Source: Octopus bimaculoides
Taxonomy: Eukaryota
Reading direction: 5' to 3'
Assembly: GCF_001194135.2 (NCBI RefSeq)
Contig: NC_068991.1
Coordinates: 48,980,671 to 49,043,882 of the forward strand
Length of the DNA stretch: 63,212 nucleotides
Positions 35,941 to 49,550 of this stretch are shown here, piece by piece. The position numbers and the translations under genes are program-made. Numbering within the stretch: the first letter of the stretch is position 1; every line of letters begins with the position of its first letter. The notes under the pieces are model-generated. The model made no database searches and was not told the origin of the DNA. It saw only the letters and a list, made by a program, of their open reading frames with translations.

Positions 35941-37969
35941 TTTTCTACAAGTGTCTGTTTCTTTACTTTTGTAGTGTCTTCCCTGCTGCTATCATATACT
36001 GTGAAATTTTGAAATTATGTCAAAATTTTCAAATTTCGTATGTTGAGATAATTTTCCACGTTACATCTGATTTTGCTATTTATTTGTTCCAGAACAATTT
36101 CAGAAAAATGTTACTGAGGTTTAAAATTTAATCAGTTTTACCTGATCAGAAAACAGAATTTGAAAGCTGGCATTTTTTTTTACATGATAGCTGTCTATCA
36201 CAAAATGAACGCAAAATCATTACGCGGAAGAACTTTTATTAAACAAACGAAAGCAAAGCATCACGACAACCAAAGTTGTAAGAATTTATGAAGTTTTCAT
36301 AAGTGAAATGGTCGAACAGACACGCAAATAATTTAAAAAGGAAAAAATCCTCAACGAAGCTTTTTTGCAAAATTTGCACAAATCTGTCCCGATCGAGACA
36401 CCTGTCTGTCGGGGAAGGCATGGTCTGACATGGAATACACAAAAATTTGTTTATTGTACATTTTATTGTAAAACTTGCACGGCAACAACGGGCTATTCAG
36501 CTAGAACACGCATACTTAATTCATTTCAGTACAACAAATTATACCACGCACACTTGTCACGCTTATCTTTTTTAATCTTCACTCTCCTTTATTGAAAACA
36601 ATTTGTTCATTCCTTGACTTCCAGTATAGTACACGCTCGTTTTCCCCAACTTCCTTTCTTTTTTTCCATTTCCTTTCTTTCTCTTACCTTTTCTAACGGA
36701 AACGTAGCCTTCTTTTCCTATCTCTTCCTTTGCCAGGTTTGCATTGACTTCGATTTTGTTTTTTTTTGTTTTTTTTACTTCATGAATTGGTTTTTGTATA
36801 CTCGTATTATTTACGTAGATAAGTACTGCTAATACTTGTGATGAAGACGAAGTTGTTTAAGGCAAATTAACAAACTGGTAGATGCAAGATCAGAGAAAGA
36901 AACAAAAAGCCATACTGCAGTACCTGTCGCAGTTTTAATAAAAGTAGACTGTTTAGAAAGATAACTGACGATAGACATAGCATAATCGTACATAAGTACA
37001 TATGACGGTCGTTAGATGCTGAAAGAGAGAAAAATATGATGAAATTCAAAATGAGATGTTCTGTTTCGTTTTTAATTTCTAATACAAATATCGGAATAAC
37101 AAATGCTAGCAAAGAAATTGTTAGGAAGAACATGAATCAGGAAATACTTCTACGAACTGCTGAAAGATGAAAAATAGAGGGGCGTGTTTACTTAAAACGG
37201 CACCATAGATCAAACTACTAATGGTTATACTAGAAAACCCTGGCTAGTGACACAAAACTACTAAATGTGCAACTGAGCACCAGTAAGGAATATTGAAAAT
37301 ATAGGGGTTGAGTGATCTCAAAGATTTCAGATGGAGATTGCCTTTGTTAATCTCTATAAACCTTGATCTTTGATAGTGTGTATATATATATATATACACA
37401 AATCCTCTGTGTGGTTGTCCAGCAAAGAATTGCGGTAACCTCATACCTCGTCTAACGCCGGAAGGATCCTTCGTATGTATGTATGTATGTATGTATGTAT
37501 GTATGTACGTATGTATTCATGTATGTATGTATGTATGTATGTATGTATGAGTTCTTTTCGGTTTGGCGTGCCAGTACGAGGATATTTGGATGGATATTTT
37601 CGATACATAATTCGCGGAACTTTACATGTTCTCTGTCGTGGAGACGATTTGTATCTATTTCCGTTGATTATGTTTTGCAACGACATCACTGATGAGCTAC
37701 AGATGATTTCGTTGGTAATCATTAATAGCGACATCTTAAGGTATGAAGTTAATTGCTTTATTTTGTCTCCTCCCATTTGTCTTGCTCGCATACATTCTGG
37801 CGTTTGCTAAACGTTTTTGAGAAAATATTCTTCGTGGCAAGGCGATTTGGCTTCTTCTATCGTACTAGGTATCCATCCTGGTGGCTATTCCTCTTATTTA
37901 TATATGTAATATATGTGTATGTGTGTGTGTGTGTGTGCGTGCGTGCGTGCGTGTGTGTGTGTGCGTGTA

Positions 37970-38006
<37 letters not shown>

Positions 38007-38019
38007 ATACATACATCCA

Positions 38020-39134
38020 CACACAGACATGACTGAAGTAAATAGATACCCTTTTAATCGTCAAAATTTATTTAAATCTGAAAATATATTCAAATTACAT
38101 ATTGATTGTCATCATAATGTGAATATTTAATATTTAATAGACATGTCCTTTGCATTTTTCAATGCAAGGACCCTCTTAGGGACGCTATTGATCAGATGAC
38201 GAATATTCCCTTGAGAAATTTCTTGCCAAGCTTCATGCAGTAATCTCAAAAGATCTAGCTTTGAGGATGCTTTCTTGTCCTTTTTACGAAGTGTCCTGTC
38301 CATTATGCCGCAGATGTGTACAATAGGGTTCATATCTGGTGACACTAGTTGGCATGGAAACTTTTCTAATGCCATTCTCTTTCAACCAATCTTGGGTTCT
38401 TTAGCCGTGTGACAAGTAGCTCCATCTTCCATTAATAGTGAGTCTTGTTTAATCATTTCATTACTAGTGAAGATTGAAAGGAGATCTTTACAATATAAAC
38501 ACATATTTATCTGTGTTTATGCTTCCCTCACACTCCAACAGCGAATCTGAACTCATCAGAGAATATGACAATGTCTCAAAATGCTAGCGGCCTCTCCACA
38601 GTCTCATTAGCCCAATCTTTTCTCCGCTTGATATTGGTTGGTCGAAGAAGTGGCTTCCTTCTTGCTGCTATGCCATGGTAGCCAAGTTTGTGGAGATACC
38701 CGACAGCTGTTCTGGGACTGATATCAACATGTTCCGCTGGTTCAGAAGTCATGCAACGAGGATTATCCTCCACACTGCTCTTAACATAGCGAAGGATCCT
38801 GCTAGAAGGCCCTCGTCGACTAGGCGAGGTGATGTGAACAGCTTCTTCTCTCTGATGAATTGCACAATTACTCTATTAACTGTAGAAAGCGGGATCCCTG
38901 GGTTTTCTGCGATTTTATGCTAAGGCTACCTTCAGATCGACCTACAATGCAGCCTCTTTCAAATTCGAACAGTTCCAACGCTTCTTTTGAACGTAGCATG
39001 ATTAAACAGTCACATATAGAACCTGAAATGCAAAAATGTCAATTAATAAAAAAATAACCTTTTCAAGTTAAAATATGCATAAAAACATAAAACGATGTTT
39101 TAGAGTGTCTAATTAATTCTGTCATGTTCGAGTG
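38020..39134 (-). mobile_element. Decayed Tc1/mariner (DD34E-type) transposon with degenerate TIRs
   Basis: Left CACACAGACATGACTGAAGTAAATAGATAC versus right reverse complement CACTCGAACATGACAGAATTAATTAGACAC; the interval encloses a transposase pseudogene. Confidence 0.8.
38127..38999 (-). pseudogene. Tc1-like transposase pseudogene (frameshifts, stops, internal deletion)
   Basis: MLRSKEALELFEFERGCIVG N-terminus; ARRKPLL...RRKDWA; IVIFSDE (1st D); LMEDGATCHTA (2nd D); SPDMNPIVH (catalytic E replaced by V); C-terminus LINSVPKRVLALKNAKDMSIKY*. Confidence 0.9.
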
Positions 39135-39172
39135 TGTGTATATGTGTGTGTGTGCAACTATGTATACATATT

Positions 39173-39216
<44 letters not shown>

Positions 39217-39517
39217 NNNNNNNNNNNNNNNNNNNNNNNNNNNNNNNNNNNNNNNNNNNNNNNNNNNNNNNNNNNNNNNNNNNNNNNNNNNNNNNNNNNN
39301 NNNNNNNNNNNNNNNNNNNNNNNNNNNNNNNNNNNNNNNNNNNNNNNNNNNNNNNNNNNNNNNNNNNNNNNNNNNNNNNNNNNNNNNNNNNNNNNNNNNN
39401 NNNNNNNNNNNNNNNNNNNNNNNNNNNNNNNNNNNNNNNNNNNNNNNNNNNNNNNNNNNNNNNNNNNNNNNNNNNNNNNNNNNNNNNNNNNNNNNNNNNN
39501 NNNNNNNNNNNNNNNNN

Positions 39518-39593
<76 letters not shown>

Positions 39594-39941
39594 TGAATAT
39601 GTACGTAGATAACCGTCTATATCTGCATTTATGTACATGTATTTATTTGCATTCTTTGTTATTGTTATGGAAGTGTTCGAATACTATAAAAGTGTGTGAT
39701 CAAACTTTCTCTCAAAAACAGGAGTTTGATATCTTCCACTTTACTTTTCAAGTAGTTCCGAAAGCTGGCAAAGCTATCATTTAGATAAAGAATCTGTCAA
39801 AGAATATTATAGCTTTGGCATTCTGATCCCTTTTCCATGGATTAACCCACCAACCCATCACGTTGTGTGGAGAGAGATAACACTTACCTTCTCGTTGTCA
39901 ATGATGAACTGCAATTGGAAGAGGAGTTGAACAAATTGAGG

Positions 39942-39946
<5 letters not shown>

Positions 39947-40014
<68 letters not shown>

Positions 40015-40266
40015 AACAACAATAATAATAATAACAATGATAATTATGGTTTCAAATTTCGGCACAGGGCTAGCAATTTCGGGGGAAGGGCTAAGTCGAT
40101 AACATGAACCCCAGTGCTCAACTGTTACTTATTTTATTGGCCCCTAAAAGATAAAAAGCAAAGTCAATCACGACGGAATTTGAACTCAGAACATAAAGAA
40201 GGACGAAATGCCGCTAAGCATTTTGCCCGGCGTGCTAACGATTCTGCCAGCTCACCGCCTTAATAC

Positions 40267-40364
<98 letters not shown>
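39947..40364 (-). mobile_element. Full-length SINE family A (~40047-40262) embedded in a long (TAA)n/(TTA)n array
   Basis: Reverse complement TAAGGCGGTGAGCTGGCAGAATCGTTAGCACGCCGGGCAAAATGCTTAGCGGCATTTCGTCC...GAGTTCAAATTCCG, flanked on both sides by TAA repeats. Confidence 0.9.
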
Positions 40365-40945
40365 GAGTGAGAGAGCAGTTCATGCTATCAAAGTGACGCT
40401 GGGGTAAAATATACGAAGCCCAATACACCCATCATGGCTACCCGTCTGATAAGGGTACACCAGACACAACCATACGTGCATCACAACCATACGTGCATCA
40501 CAACCATACGTGCGCGACATGGTAATCTCATACCAAGATAAACAGCGCATGACCTCGCAGGTGGGGCCCAGTTAGAATTTTCTGCAGGTCGCGTAGCCTA
40601 TCTTGCTCAAAAGGTCCCTGAATAAATGGATGTTTAAGGATGATGAACAAAGCACCCACGCCTCCAGAGGTGGATTATACAAACTCTAAAGAATTCTTCT
40701 CAAGACATGGCTATGATGCTCCATCGCTACTTCTGCACGTGATTATAGATACACATATTGTCAGCCACTAAGGGACATGCTCAACTGGTTAAGGTCAAAC
40801 AACTGACAAGCAAATCTGTGGTATTGAGCAGAATATTTGCTGTAGCTCATCTTTTATACCAAGTCAAAAGAATGTACATGATAACACTTCCAATCAGTTA
40901 AGATCAGAAGTCATGGGAGCCACTGCCTGGTACTGCATCAGGGCA
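40365..40945 (-). mobile_element. ~580-bp unclassified non-coding element abutting a (TAA)n tract (possible LINE 3' UTR or large SINE)
   Basis: High-complexity block between TTA repeats; on the minus strand it ends ...CTCTCTCACTC-(AAT)n. It has an internal 17-bp triplication CACAACCATACGTGCAT. Confidence 0.5.
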
Positions 40946-42214
40946 GTGGAACTGCATCAGAGCAGAAGGTACTCTTGTTATTATTATCATTATAATTCTT
41001 TCTGCTATAGCAAAACCTGAAATTTTGGGGTTGGCAGCTAGTCGATTACATCAACTCTATTTGTTCGACTGGTACTTCCTAATGATACTTTCGTTATTGA
41101 CTACGGGGGCTGCAAATTAACAACAATAATAATAACGCTATCAGCATTAGCAATAAAATGAAGCATCAATAATAGCAAAGAATAACAGTATCAATACCAA
41201 CCACCATGATATCAACAACAGCAACATTAGCAAGAATGATATCAGCAACAACAACAACTACAGCAACAACAACAGCAACAACATCAGTAGAAAAAGGTTG
41301 GTAGCAAAAACATCAGCACCAGCAAAAATGACACCAGTAACAAGAAGAATACCAACGAACACAACAACATCAGCAACAACGGAATCAACAATAAAGATCC
41401 TCCCTCATATCCAGTAGGGCCTCCTGCTCGGTTAGAAATGGTAATGAAATTCCCCTCAAATACACTCCGACATTTGTAAAAAACAGATATATTTGATAAT
41501 GCAGTTCTAGACATCGCGAAAAAAAAATTAGAGGAGATGGTCATGGTTGGAATATACTTGATTATAGGCTTACTCAATCAGGGATTTAGGTTTTAAGTAA
41601 CAACAGAAACAATAATGGCGATTAGAGCAAGAAACATTACAACAACAGCAACAACACCTTCATCAATGGCTGCAATGCATTAAGAGCAAACATGAAAACG
41701 TAAGGACGTTCCCCGTTGTTAATAAAAATACCAGTGGTTCCATCAGTGTCCCCCCCTACCAGCCTATCTATCCTCACTCTCCCTTAGATGCCGACATTTT
41801 GTTTATCTACTCCCGAACCGACCTTCACGCCTCCTACCGACCTACCAGACATTATAGATTTCATTGATTTCGCAAATATGTATGTATTTTTCGGTTATTG
41901 CCTTTCTCGGCTACAGCAAAGTCTGCGACACTGGCAGCAGCTATGATGAGAGAGCTTCCGCATACTAACTTAATCTGTTAGACATAGCAACCAATTATCC
42001 CGCAAACCTAGTAATGCTGTTATAGGGAAAAAAAGGAAAGTGATTGAACTATATACATCCGGACTTCGATATAGTACTCTTCAAACAAAGACGAGATGAA
42101 TAAGACTGCAACAGTCAGGACTAAACTGGGGCTAACGACGACGGAGACATCAACAGCAACTGCAAAAACAACAACAAACCAGTACTAAGGATTTATCTAT
42201 ACGGTCGTTAGAGC

Positions 42215-42705
42215 ATGTATGTATGTATGTATGTAGGTAGGTAGGTATGTATGCATGTATGTATGTATGCATCTATCTATCTTTTTTATCTATCTATGTA
42301 TGTATGCATACATGCATGTATGTATGGATGCATATATGTATGAATGCATGTATATATGCATGCAAATATGTATATATGTATGCGTGAATGAATGTATATA
42401 CCTATATGTAAGCATGCATGCATGTATGTATGTATGTGTGTATATATGTATGTATGTATGTATGCATGTATGTATGTGTGTACGTATGTGTGTATGAATG
42501 TAAGCATGCATGTACGTATGCATAAATGTACGTGTGTACCGATGTATGTACGTATGTATGTATGTACGCAAGTATGGATGTATAAATGCTTGTATGTATA
42601 TATGTATGTATGTATGTATGTGTGTGTGTATGTGTGTATGCGTGCATGTATGTATGTATGTATGTATGTATGTATGTATGTATGCATGCATGTATGTATG
42701 TATGT
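42215..42705. repeat. Long degenerate (TATG)n/(CATG) satellite
   Basis: Directly visible; it explains the MYVC/HTYI pseudo-ORFs. Confidence 0.95.
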
Positions 42706-43719
42706 AAGAATAACCACAAATCTAATTACTGATATTTCCAATGCATCTAATACATACGATTCAAGGTTAGGCAACAAATTGTTACGTGGATATCCTCTTC
42801 GGTCGTTATAAGCGAAAAACGCTGATGAAAATGCCCTCTATGGAATATATTTGTAAATGTATGTATGCGGGAGTGAGAGAAAGTACGTATCGAATTTACA
42901 TCTGTATAATGCACGACAAAAAACAACTTTATCATCCAAAAGTGCATTGTACATAGTTTTGCACATTATACAAATGTTCAAAAATCAGAACGTTAGTGCA
43001 TTGCATATAATCTGCTCCAAATACGTCTGAAATATGGATTTTTCATTTCCTTAATTGCTTCTGCTGACTATAGATTTTATTTGATTCTAAAAAGCACTAA
43101 GAACTTTATGAGAGGTTCTTCATATGTGGACAAGATGTACCCACTTTAGTGAAAAGGACATGACTGGACATTTCGCATTTCAGCACAATTTAGCCCTTCC
43201 TCTTCGAAACAGGGAGATTGTTAGCATGCCAAAATTTTGTTAACACACTTGGTTGATTGATCAATGTAGTTGCTACGAACATCCTTTGTCTTTTAAGATA
43301 CGTAGTTCAATTTGAAAATGCACAAATTGATTCATATATTCGCTTTTCTTTACGTCTAATGTATAACCTTTTGTATACAGGTTACCACAATATTATACCA
43401 AATATCAATTGTTCGAATTAGTGCCGTTCCTGTTCAGCTGGAGAAGTGCTTCAACTATCAATAGTTCCAGAGATTGAAAACAGTAGTTTATGTGGTTATA
43501 TGGCTAAAATAAAAGTAATTAAATAATGTGTTCTAATTGTTTTTATTCATTTTTTACATGTACTAGTATAAAGTACGCAATATACAGACATACTTTTCTT
43601 TATCTAAAAACAAAAAAAAAACTGCGAATTATACACGGGGTGGAGCGCATTATGTTGATTAATACATCACACACACACTAACAAACACACGCGTGAACAT
43701 ACACACATGCATACACACA

Positions 43720-43960
43720 CACTAGTAGTTAGAGTATTGCACGCACGATCGAAAGTTCTTGAGCAAAATATTTCAGGTTTTCTCCGATCCCTTTCACATC
43801 TGACGTGTAGCACACCATGCACCAGTGAAAGCAATGTCAATTTGATAAGAGGAGTGACCTAGTGTATAGCACAAACATTTGACAACTATAAACAATTCAT
43901 CTGTGTATTTGTTTAGCAATAAATCGAGGAAACATTCATCTGTAGTCTACAAAAGGAGAG
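43720..43960 (+). mobile_element. Degenerate tRNA-headed SINE-like repeat
   Basis: TAGTAGTTAGAGTATTGCACGCACGATCG head resembles the head at 46016 and is followed by a complex body. Confidence 0.4.
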
Positions 43961-44319
43961 TCCACAATATGCATATATATATATATATATGTATAGGTCT
44001 ATATGTATGTACGTAAGTATGTATATATCTATATCTATCTATCTATATCTATATCTATCAAAATAAGCGACAAAGATATCCAGAGGTAATGCAGTACGAT
44101 CGTTTCATTCAACTCCATTTAATTGAACAATGCTATGATTACATCGATTTAAAATGCAGAGCAATCCTCAGCTGCACAAAGACATAGAATTTAATTAAAT
44201 TAGAAAAGATGGACACATTAGTATAATTATACCTAAAATCGCCAAGAAGTTAAGGAGATAGACAAAGAACGGGTTACCTCTACTGCAGCATATAGCTGTA
44301 TGTAGCATATCTCTCTCTT

Positions 44320-44350
<31 letters not shown>

Positions 44351-44372
44351 TTATATATATGTGTGTGTGTGT

Positions 44373-44406
<34 letters not shown>

Positions 44407-45707
44407 TCAAGTGACATCTAGAGATTCTCATTGTAGAAAACACGTAGTAAAGCTCAAATGATTTGCAGTTTCACTTCGTTATCTTTATTAAGGACTAAGT
44501 CTGCATAGTAAAGAGTGGCCATGAGAGGAATGCAAGTAATCTGATATGGAGATAACAATGCAAATAAACAAATAAACACGCTTGCGCTTGATATATAAAA
44601 TTTATATACATATAAACATGTAAGTATCTACAGGAATATATACAGAGAAAAACAAACCTGAAAGTATTCAGATGAACATTTATGTATAAACATATAGATG
44701 CAGAACAAATTTATATGGAATACAAAACATAGTATGTCAGGTCAGACAGCTGTTTCTGGGCGCTCGGAGTTATGTAATTGTTGTAATGTTGGCAGATGGA
44801 GTGGTGCAAAAAGTGAAGAATATGCAACCAAAAGTGGATGCATATAAACATTAGCGTAAATCCAGCTTCCATATTCTGGGTGGAGAGATTGAATTTTACC
44901 ATTAAATTATCTGCATTATAATATGAAATGTCAGATGCCAATCTCGCCAATCTGAAGTTGTGGGAACTCATGGCTGGGCCTCCCACACGGGATAGTCAAA
45001 GGATAGAGGCCACACTAATATGGATTACTTCTTTACAGAGGTAAAATTGGGTTTGCGTAGGACTAATACCTCTGCCAAGAAAAAAAAAAGCAAAGTTACA
45101 GAAGCATCGATGACACTTCAAAGCCAACAGTTCTTGCAATTGCAAAGCCTTTCCTCGGCGTTAGGCCCTGAACTGTAAACCACATTGAATTCACTATCGA
45201 ACGACGGAGGTCCACCACCACATCCACCACTTCAAATATCAACTGATTAAATAATACACCAACAATTCTCACTTTAAAGGTTTATTCCATAATCAGCTAT
45301 AAAAAATATATACAACCGACAACTTCTTACTGAACTTAACTGCAGTTCTATTCAAAGAACTGAATTATAAGAAAATTGGTACACGACTAATGTCAAAGAC
45401 GTTCTATAAAAGATGGGACAAATAAAATTTTATAGTTACTACCATTAACAAAACATAAACTGGAAATGTCTAGCAATAGTTTTATGTTGCAAATCAGAAA
45501 AAGAATCCAGACCTTTGGTTTATAAACTCTTTTTTACAGAATCAGTATAAATGTTGATAAGTAGCACATTTATCAAACGTAACCGACACTGGAACGAAAA
45601 ATAATCTTCTGACGGTTGGTCATTTAAAGCATATAATATACAAATGTATGAATATTAGAGCAGTAAGTGACAGAGTTAGTAACAATAATTATCATTTCCT
45701 ACATAGA

Positions 45708-45912
45708 AGGCGATGAGCTAGCAGAATTATTAGCACGCTGGGCAAAATGCTTAACAGCTTTTCGTCCGTCTTCACATTCTTTGTTCAAATTCCGCCAAAG
45801 TCAGCTTTGCCTTTCGTCTTTTCGGTGTTAATAAAATAAGTATCAGTTGAACTGGTATTCGACGTATCCCCTACCCCCAAGCCTCCTGACCTTGTGCCAA
45901 GATTTGAAACTG
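45708..45912 (+). mobile_element. Full-length SINE family A copy
   Basis: GGCGATGAGCTAGCAGAATTATTAGCACGCTGGGC...GTTCAAATTCCGCC...CCTTGTGCCAAGATTTGAAAC. Confidence 0.85.
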
Positions 45913-46004
45913 TCATTTTCTACAAAGACTCAAGGTTAAAAATTCTAGCGGTGTGAAGAAACATTGATTTAATCCGACTGTTATTCTACAGATACCCTCT
46001 TATA

Positions 46005-46255
46005 AGGCTCACACGTGGCTTAGTAGTTAGGGCGTTGCACTCCTAATCGTAACATTCTAGGTTAGATCCCTGTAGCAGGCGAATCGTTGTGGTCCTGGGC
46101 GAAACAGCTTCAGTTTACGTTGCTCAGTTTTACTCAGCGGGCTAAAATAAGCAATCCTGCAACGGACTGGCGTCCCTCTAGGGAGTAACTATATACGCTA
46201 CAGAAATCGGGAACCTGGCCCTATAAGTCTATATGACTCAGGACGGGGCTTTATC
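46005..46255 (+). mobile_element. tRNA-derived SINE (family D) with a conserved-domain-like core
   Basis: A box TGGCTTAGTAGTT (46016), B box GGTTAGATCCC (46060), core CCTGCAACGGACTGGCGTCCC...GGGAG...GCTACAGAAATCGGG. Confidence 0.65.
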
Positions 46256-46723
46256 CTTTATATTTTGAGACTCAGAAATGAAAGACAAAACTCACCCAGG
46301 TTATACATTTTAGCGGGGTGAAGTAGTTTCCGTTCAGTTCATTCAGCATTTGACAAACACTTTATTTATCAGTTTCAGAAACGTAAGGCAAAATTATTAA
46401 GGCTATTATTATTAAAGAGATAAAATAGACTTGATTTAATCTGTCCAGTATTTCACATGTATCATTTTTATCGGCCCTATGAATGAATGAAAGATAGTCA
46501 GTCAAACTGCAATTCAAAAGGCCGGGGTTTTTTTTCACTCATTGTGCTACACTAATTTTGCCCGAGGATCACGTTATGAGTACAAGCATTTATGGAATAC
46601 TCAGCCATTTGTACATTAGCTTAATTCGCAGGTAATTCAGTTACTTGAACAGCTGAATGCTCATTGTGGAAACCGATGGAGGATACGTGAACTATCAGTA
46701 GTACATAGTGATTTCCCTCTTGA

Positions 46724-46757
<34 letters not shown>

Positions 46758-47529
46758 GGTGGTGGTGGTGGTGGTGGNNNNNNNNNNNNNNNNNNNNNNN
46801 NNNNNNNNNNNNNNNNNNNNNNNNNNNNNNNNNNNNNNNNNNNNNNNNNNNNNNNNNNNNNNNNNNNNNNNNNNNNNNNNNNNNNNNNNNNNNNNNNNNN
46901 GAGGAGGAGGAGGAGGGGAGGAGGAGGAGGGGAAGAAGAAGAAGAAGAAGAAGAAGAAGAAGAAGAAGAAGAAGAAGAAGAAAGTAGAGACAGACCACTG
47001 GATAACAAATGCAGATCCTGCTTTGATTTCCCACGACAACCACGTTCCAATTATCAAGCTAGTAATAGTGAATTAACTTCAAAACTGTAGATGCCAGCTA
47101 AGAAACTTCAGAGACTTAACTGTCGAATTAAACACATTAAGGCTGCTCTTACATGCATCTTGGCAGTTAAAGAATGTAGTTATAATCTGCACTTGTATTT
47201 GGCAGATTGTGGTAATTATTGTACCCATCATTCAAAGGCCCAGCCTTATTATATGTTACACTGATTTGGTTTGAGAATAGGATTAATACTGCGTAATTGG
47301 AAATGTTCAAATACAAGTTAATAACGCAAGTGATTTTCAAAATTTTTTAACAATCCCTTTTCTGTTGCTAACACTTTATTCAACAGTCCCTTGGTACTTA
47401 AATACTCACTGTAACCAGAATAATTTAGATTCAGGTACTAGTTTGAGATGGGTAACTACTAACCATAGCACCTCATTGATATAGGGGAATATTTGATGCA
47501 CCACTCGGTAAATTGGACAGCTTTAAAAA

Positions 47530-47720
47530 AATAGCACTGAATCGATTCGTTGAAGGAAGAATCAACAGAGGAAGAAAGAAAACGTCTAACCTATATGGAC
47601 AACTTGCTTCAGGACAGTGGAATGACAAATGTTAACGAATTAAGAACATCCATGAAGGACTGTGATGGCGTGCTCGCGTGGAAATACTGAAGCGTCCGAG
47701 AGGACGGCTAGACTAACTGT
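47530..47720 (+). mobile_element. RTE-clade LINE extreme 3' fragment
   Basis: GRINRGR followed by RKRLTYMDNLLQDSGMTNVNELRTSMKD, resembling the RTE C-terminal 'GRPRxTYxDxLxxDTG...ELxTAMxDR' motif. Confidence 0.65.
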
Positions 47721-47834
47721 AAATGAATATTTGATGCATCACCGCTTGACCTTAATTATTGACCCAATGTTTAATACGTTCCTTCGACCAAACTCAGGAA
47801 CGTATTTTTTGTGATCACCACCCCACCCACCACC

Positions 47835-48020
47835 GTTTAATAACTGGTGTTGGTTTGTTTACTTTACGTAACTTAGCGGTTCGGCATGAAGAGACCGACA
47901 GAATAAGTGTCAGCTCTAGAAAAGAAAGTAAGAAATAGGGAAGATTGTTTTCCACTACACGCTTCGAGGCGGTGTAGCAGCATGTCCGCAGTTCAATGGG
48001 TGAAACGAGTTGAAGGATAA
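47835..48020 (+). mobile_element. SINE family B, 3' half
   Basis: ACTGGTGTTGGTTTGTTTAC...GTAACTTAGCGGTTCGGCATGAAGAGACCGACAGAATAAG...GCAGCATGTCCGCAGT. Confidence 0.7.
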
Positions 48021-49127
48021 AAGAACCTCCTTTATTCCACTCCCATCCTAAAAGCCGGTGTCACCCACTTGGAGTAAATCTGTGAGTAATTCTGTAAATC
48101 AAACAACTCAATGTTCCTCGACGAAAACAACGGAGAAACCGTGACTAAAAAAAATGGTACAACTGGAATTGTAGATGATTTTCATGAAGATTTTTATGCA
48201 TATTTTTGGTAGACGGCAGGAGCACAGAAATTCGTTTGATGTATTTTTCAAATCGCAAATCATCTTTATCATTTACTTTTTACTTGTTTCAATCATTGCT
48301 TCTGCACTGATTGGTACATTGGAATTCGTTGTATAGTTTTCCACTAACAAGGGGGGCGTTGCAGAATGTGGCGAAACGATCGTTGTGATAAATAAAGTTT
48401 CCAGTATATTCTGTCTTCCGTATCAATTGTTTATACTATACTCAACATGCACTGTGGAATTCCTTACGTAGATCCAGCAGTGATTGTGCAAATACCGTGG
48501 ATCATGCCAGGTAGCCATAAGCAGAGAACGTACTTTGCGGGCACACGACTAGGGACATACCTAAAACGCAGTTTGAATTTGAAAATTAAAAAATTAAATC
48601 TAAACTTTAAAAATAACTTACACACACACACACACACTCGTACATACACACTTACGCGCGCGCGCGCCTAGAAATCCTTTAGAATTTGATACAGACGGGA
48701 AATTGAGATTAGTAACGAATAATACACGTAACTCAACATAATTAACTTTAATTATTTCAATTATTTTTCGCAGCTGTCGACTTTTCGAAATGATTCCTCG
48801 AAGAACCTCCTCTTAGATACTCTATTCTTCCTTTTAGCGAGACTATTTGTTTGGTGACAATGCCTGGTTAATTTGAAATAGCGTTGAAATTAAAAGAGAC
48901 CAAGTAATGAATTGAGTTAAATGAATTTTATTACAAACTCCTGTTCTCTTAAAATTTTGGAGAAAACTAATTATTTTTTAGTGTGGACAAATAAGATTCT
49001 GGGTTTATTGATTTCATTAAATATACCTCATAGACCGAGACTCAATAACAAATTTAACGCTGACCACTGCGTCTATGCATACATACAATGGCTATGTTTT
49101 AGATATATTATGTAAACTTTGCAATAT

Positions 49128-49550
49128 AGATGCAAGCGTAGCTGTGTGGTAAGAAGTTTGCTTTCCAGTCACATAGTTCCGTGTTCCATCCCATTGCGTG
49201 CCACATTTGACAAGTGACTTCTGCTATCGCACCGACCCGGTCAGATTTTTGTGAGTGGATTTTGAAGACGGAAACTGAAAGAAGCCCACTATGTATGTAT
49301 GTACGTGTGCGTGTGTGATTGTTCCATTGTGTTTGTACTTGTCTACCGCCACCACCTGACAACTAGTGTTGGTTTCTTCACGTCCCCGTAACTTAGGAGT
49401 TCAAGAAAAAAGACCGATAGAATAACAGGCCTAGCAAAAAATAAGTACAGGGTCCAATTCGGTCGACTAAACCCTTTAAGGCGATGCCCCAGTATGGCCG
49501 AAGTATGGCCGCAGTCCAATGAGTGAAACAATTAATAGATAAAAGATAAC
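49128..49550 (+). mobile_element. Full-length SINE family B copy
   Basis: GCTGTGTGGTAAGAAGTTTGCTT...GACGGAAACTGAAAGAAGCCC...CAGTATGGCCGCAGTCCAATG. Confidence 0.85.

Noticed and set aside
44940-45110. Motif resembling an RTE 5' UTR (GGGTTTGCGTAGGACTAATACC)
   Set aside because: It is a short match with no adjoining ORF, so it cannot be supported on its own.
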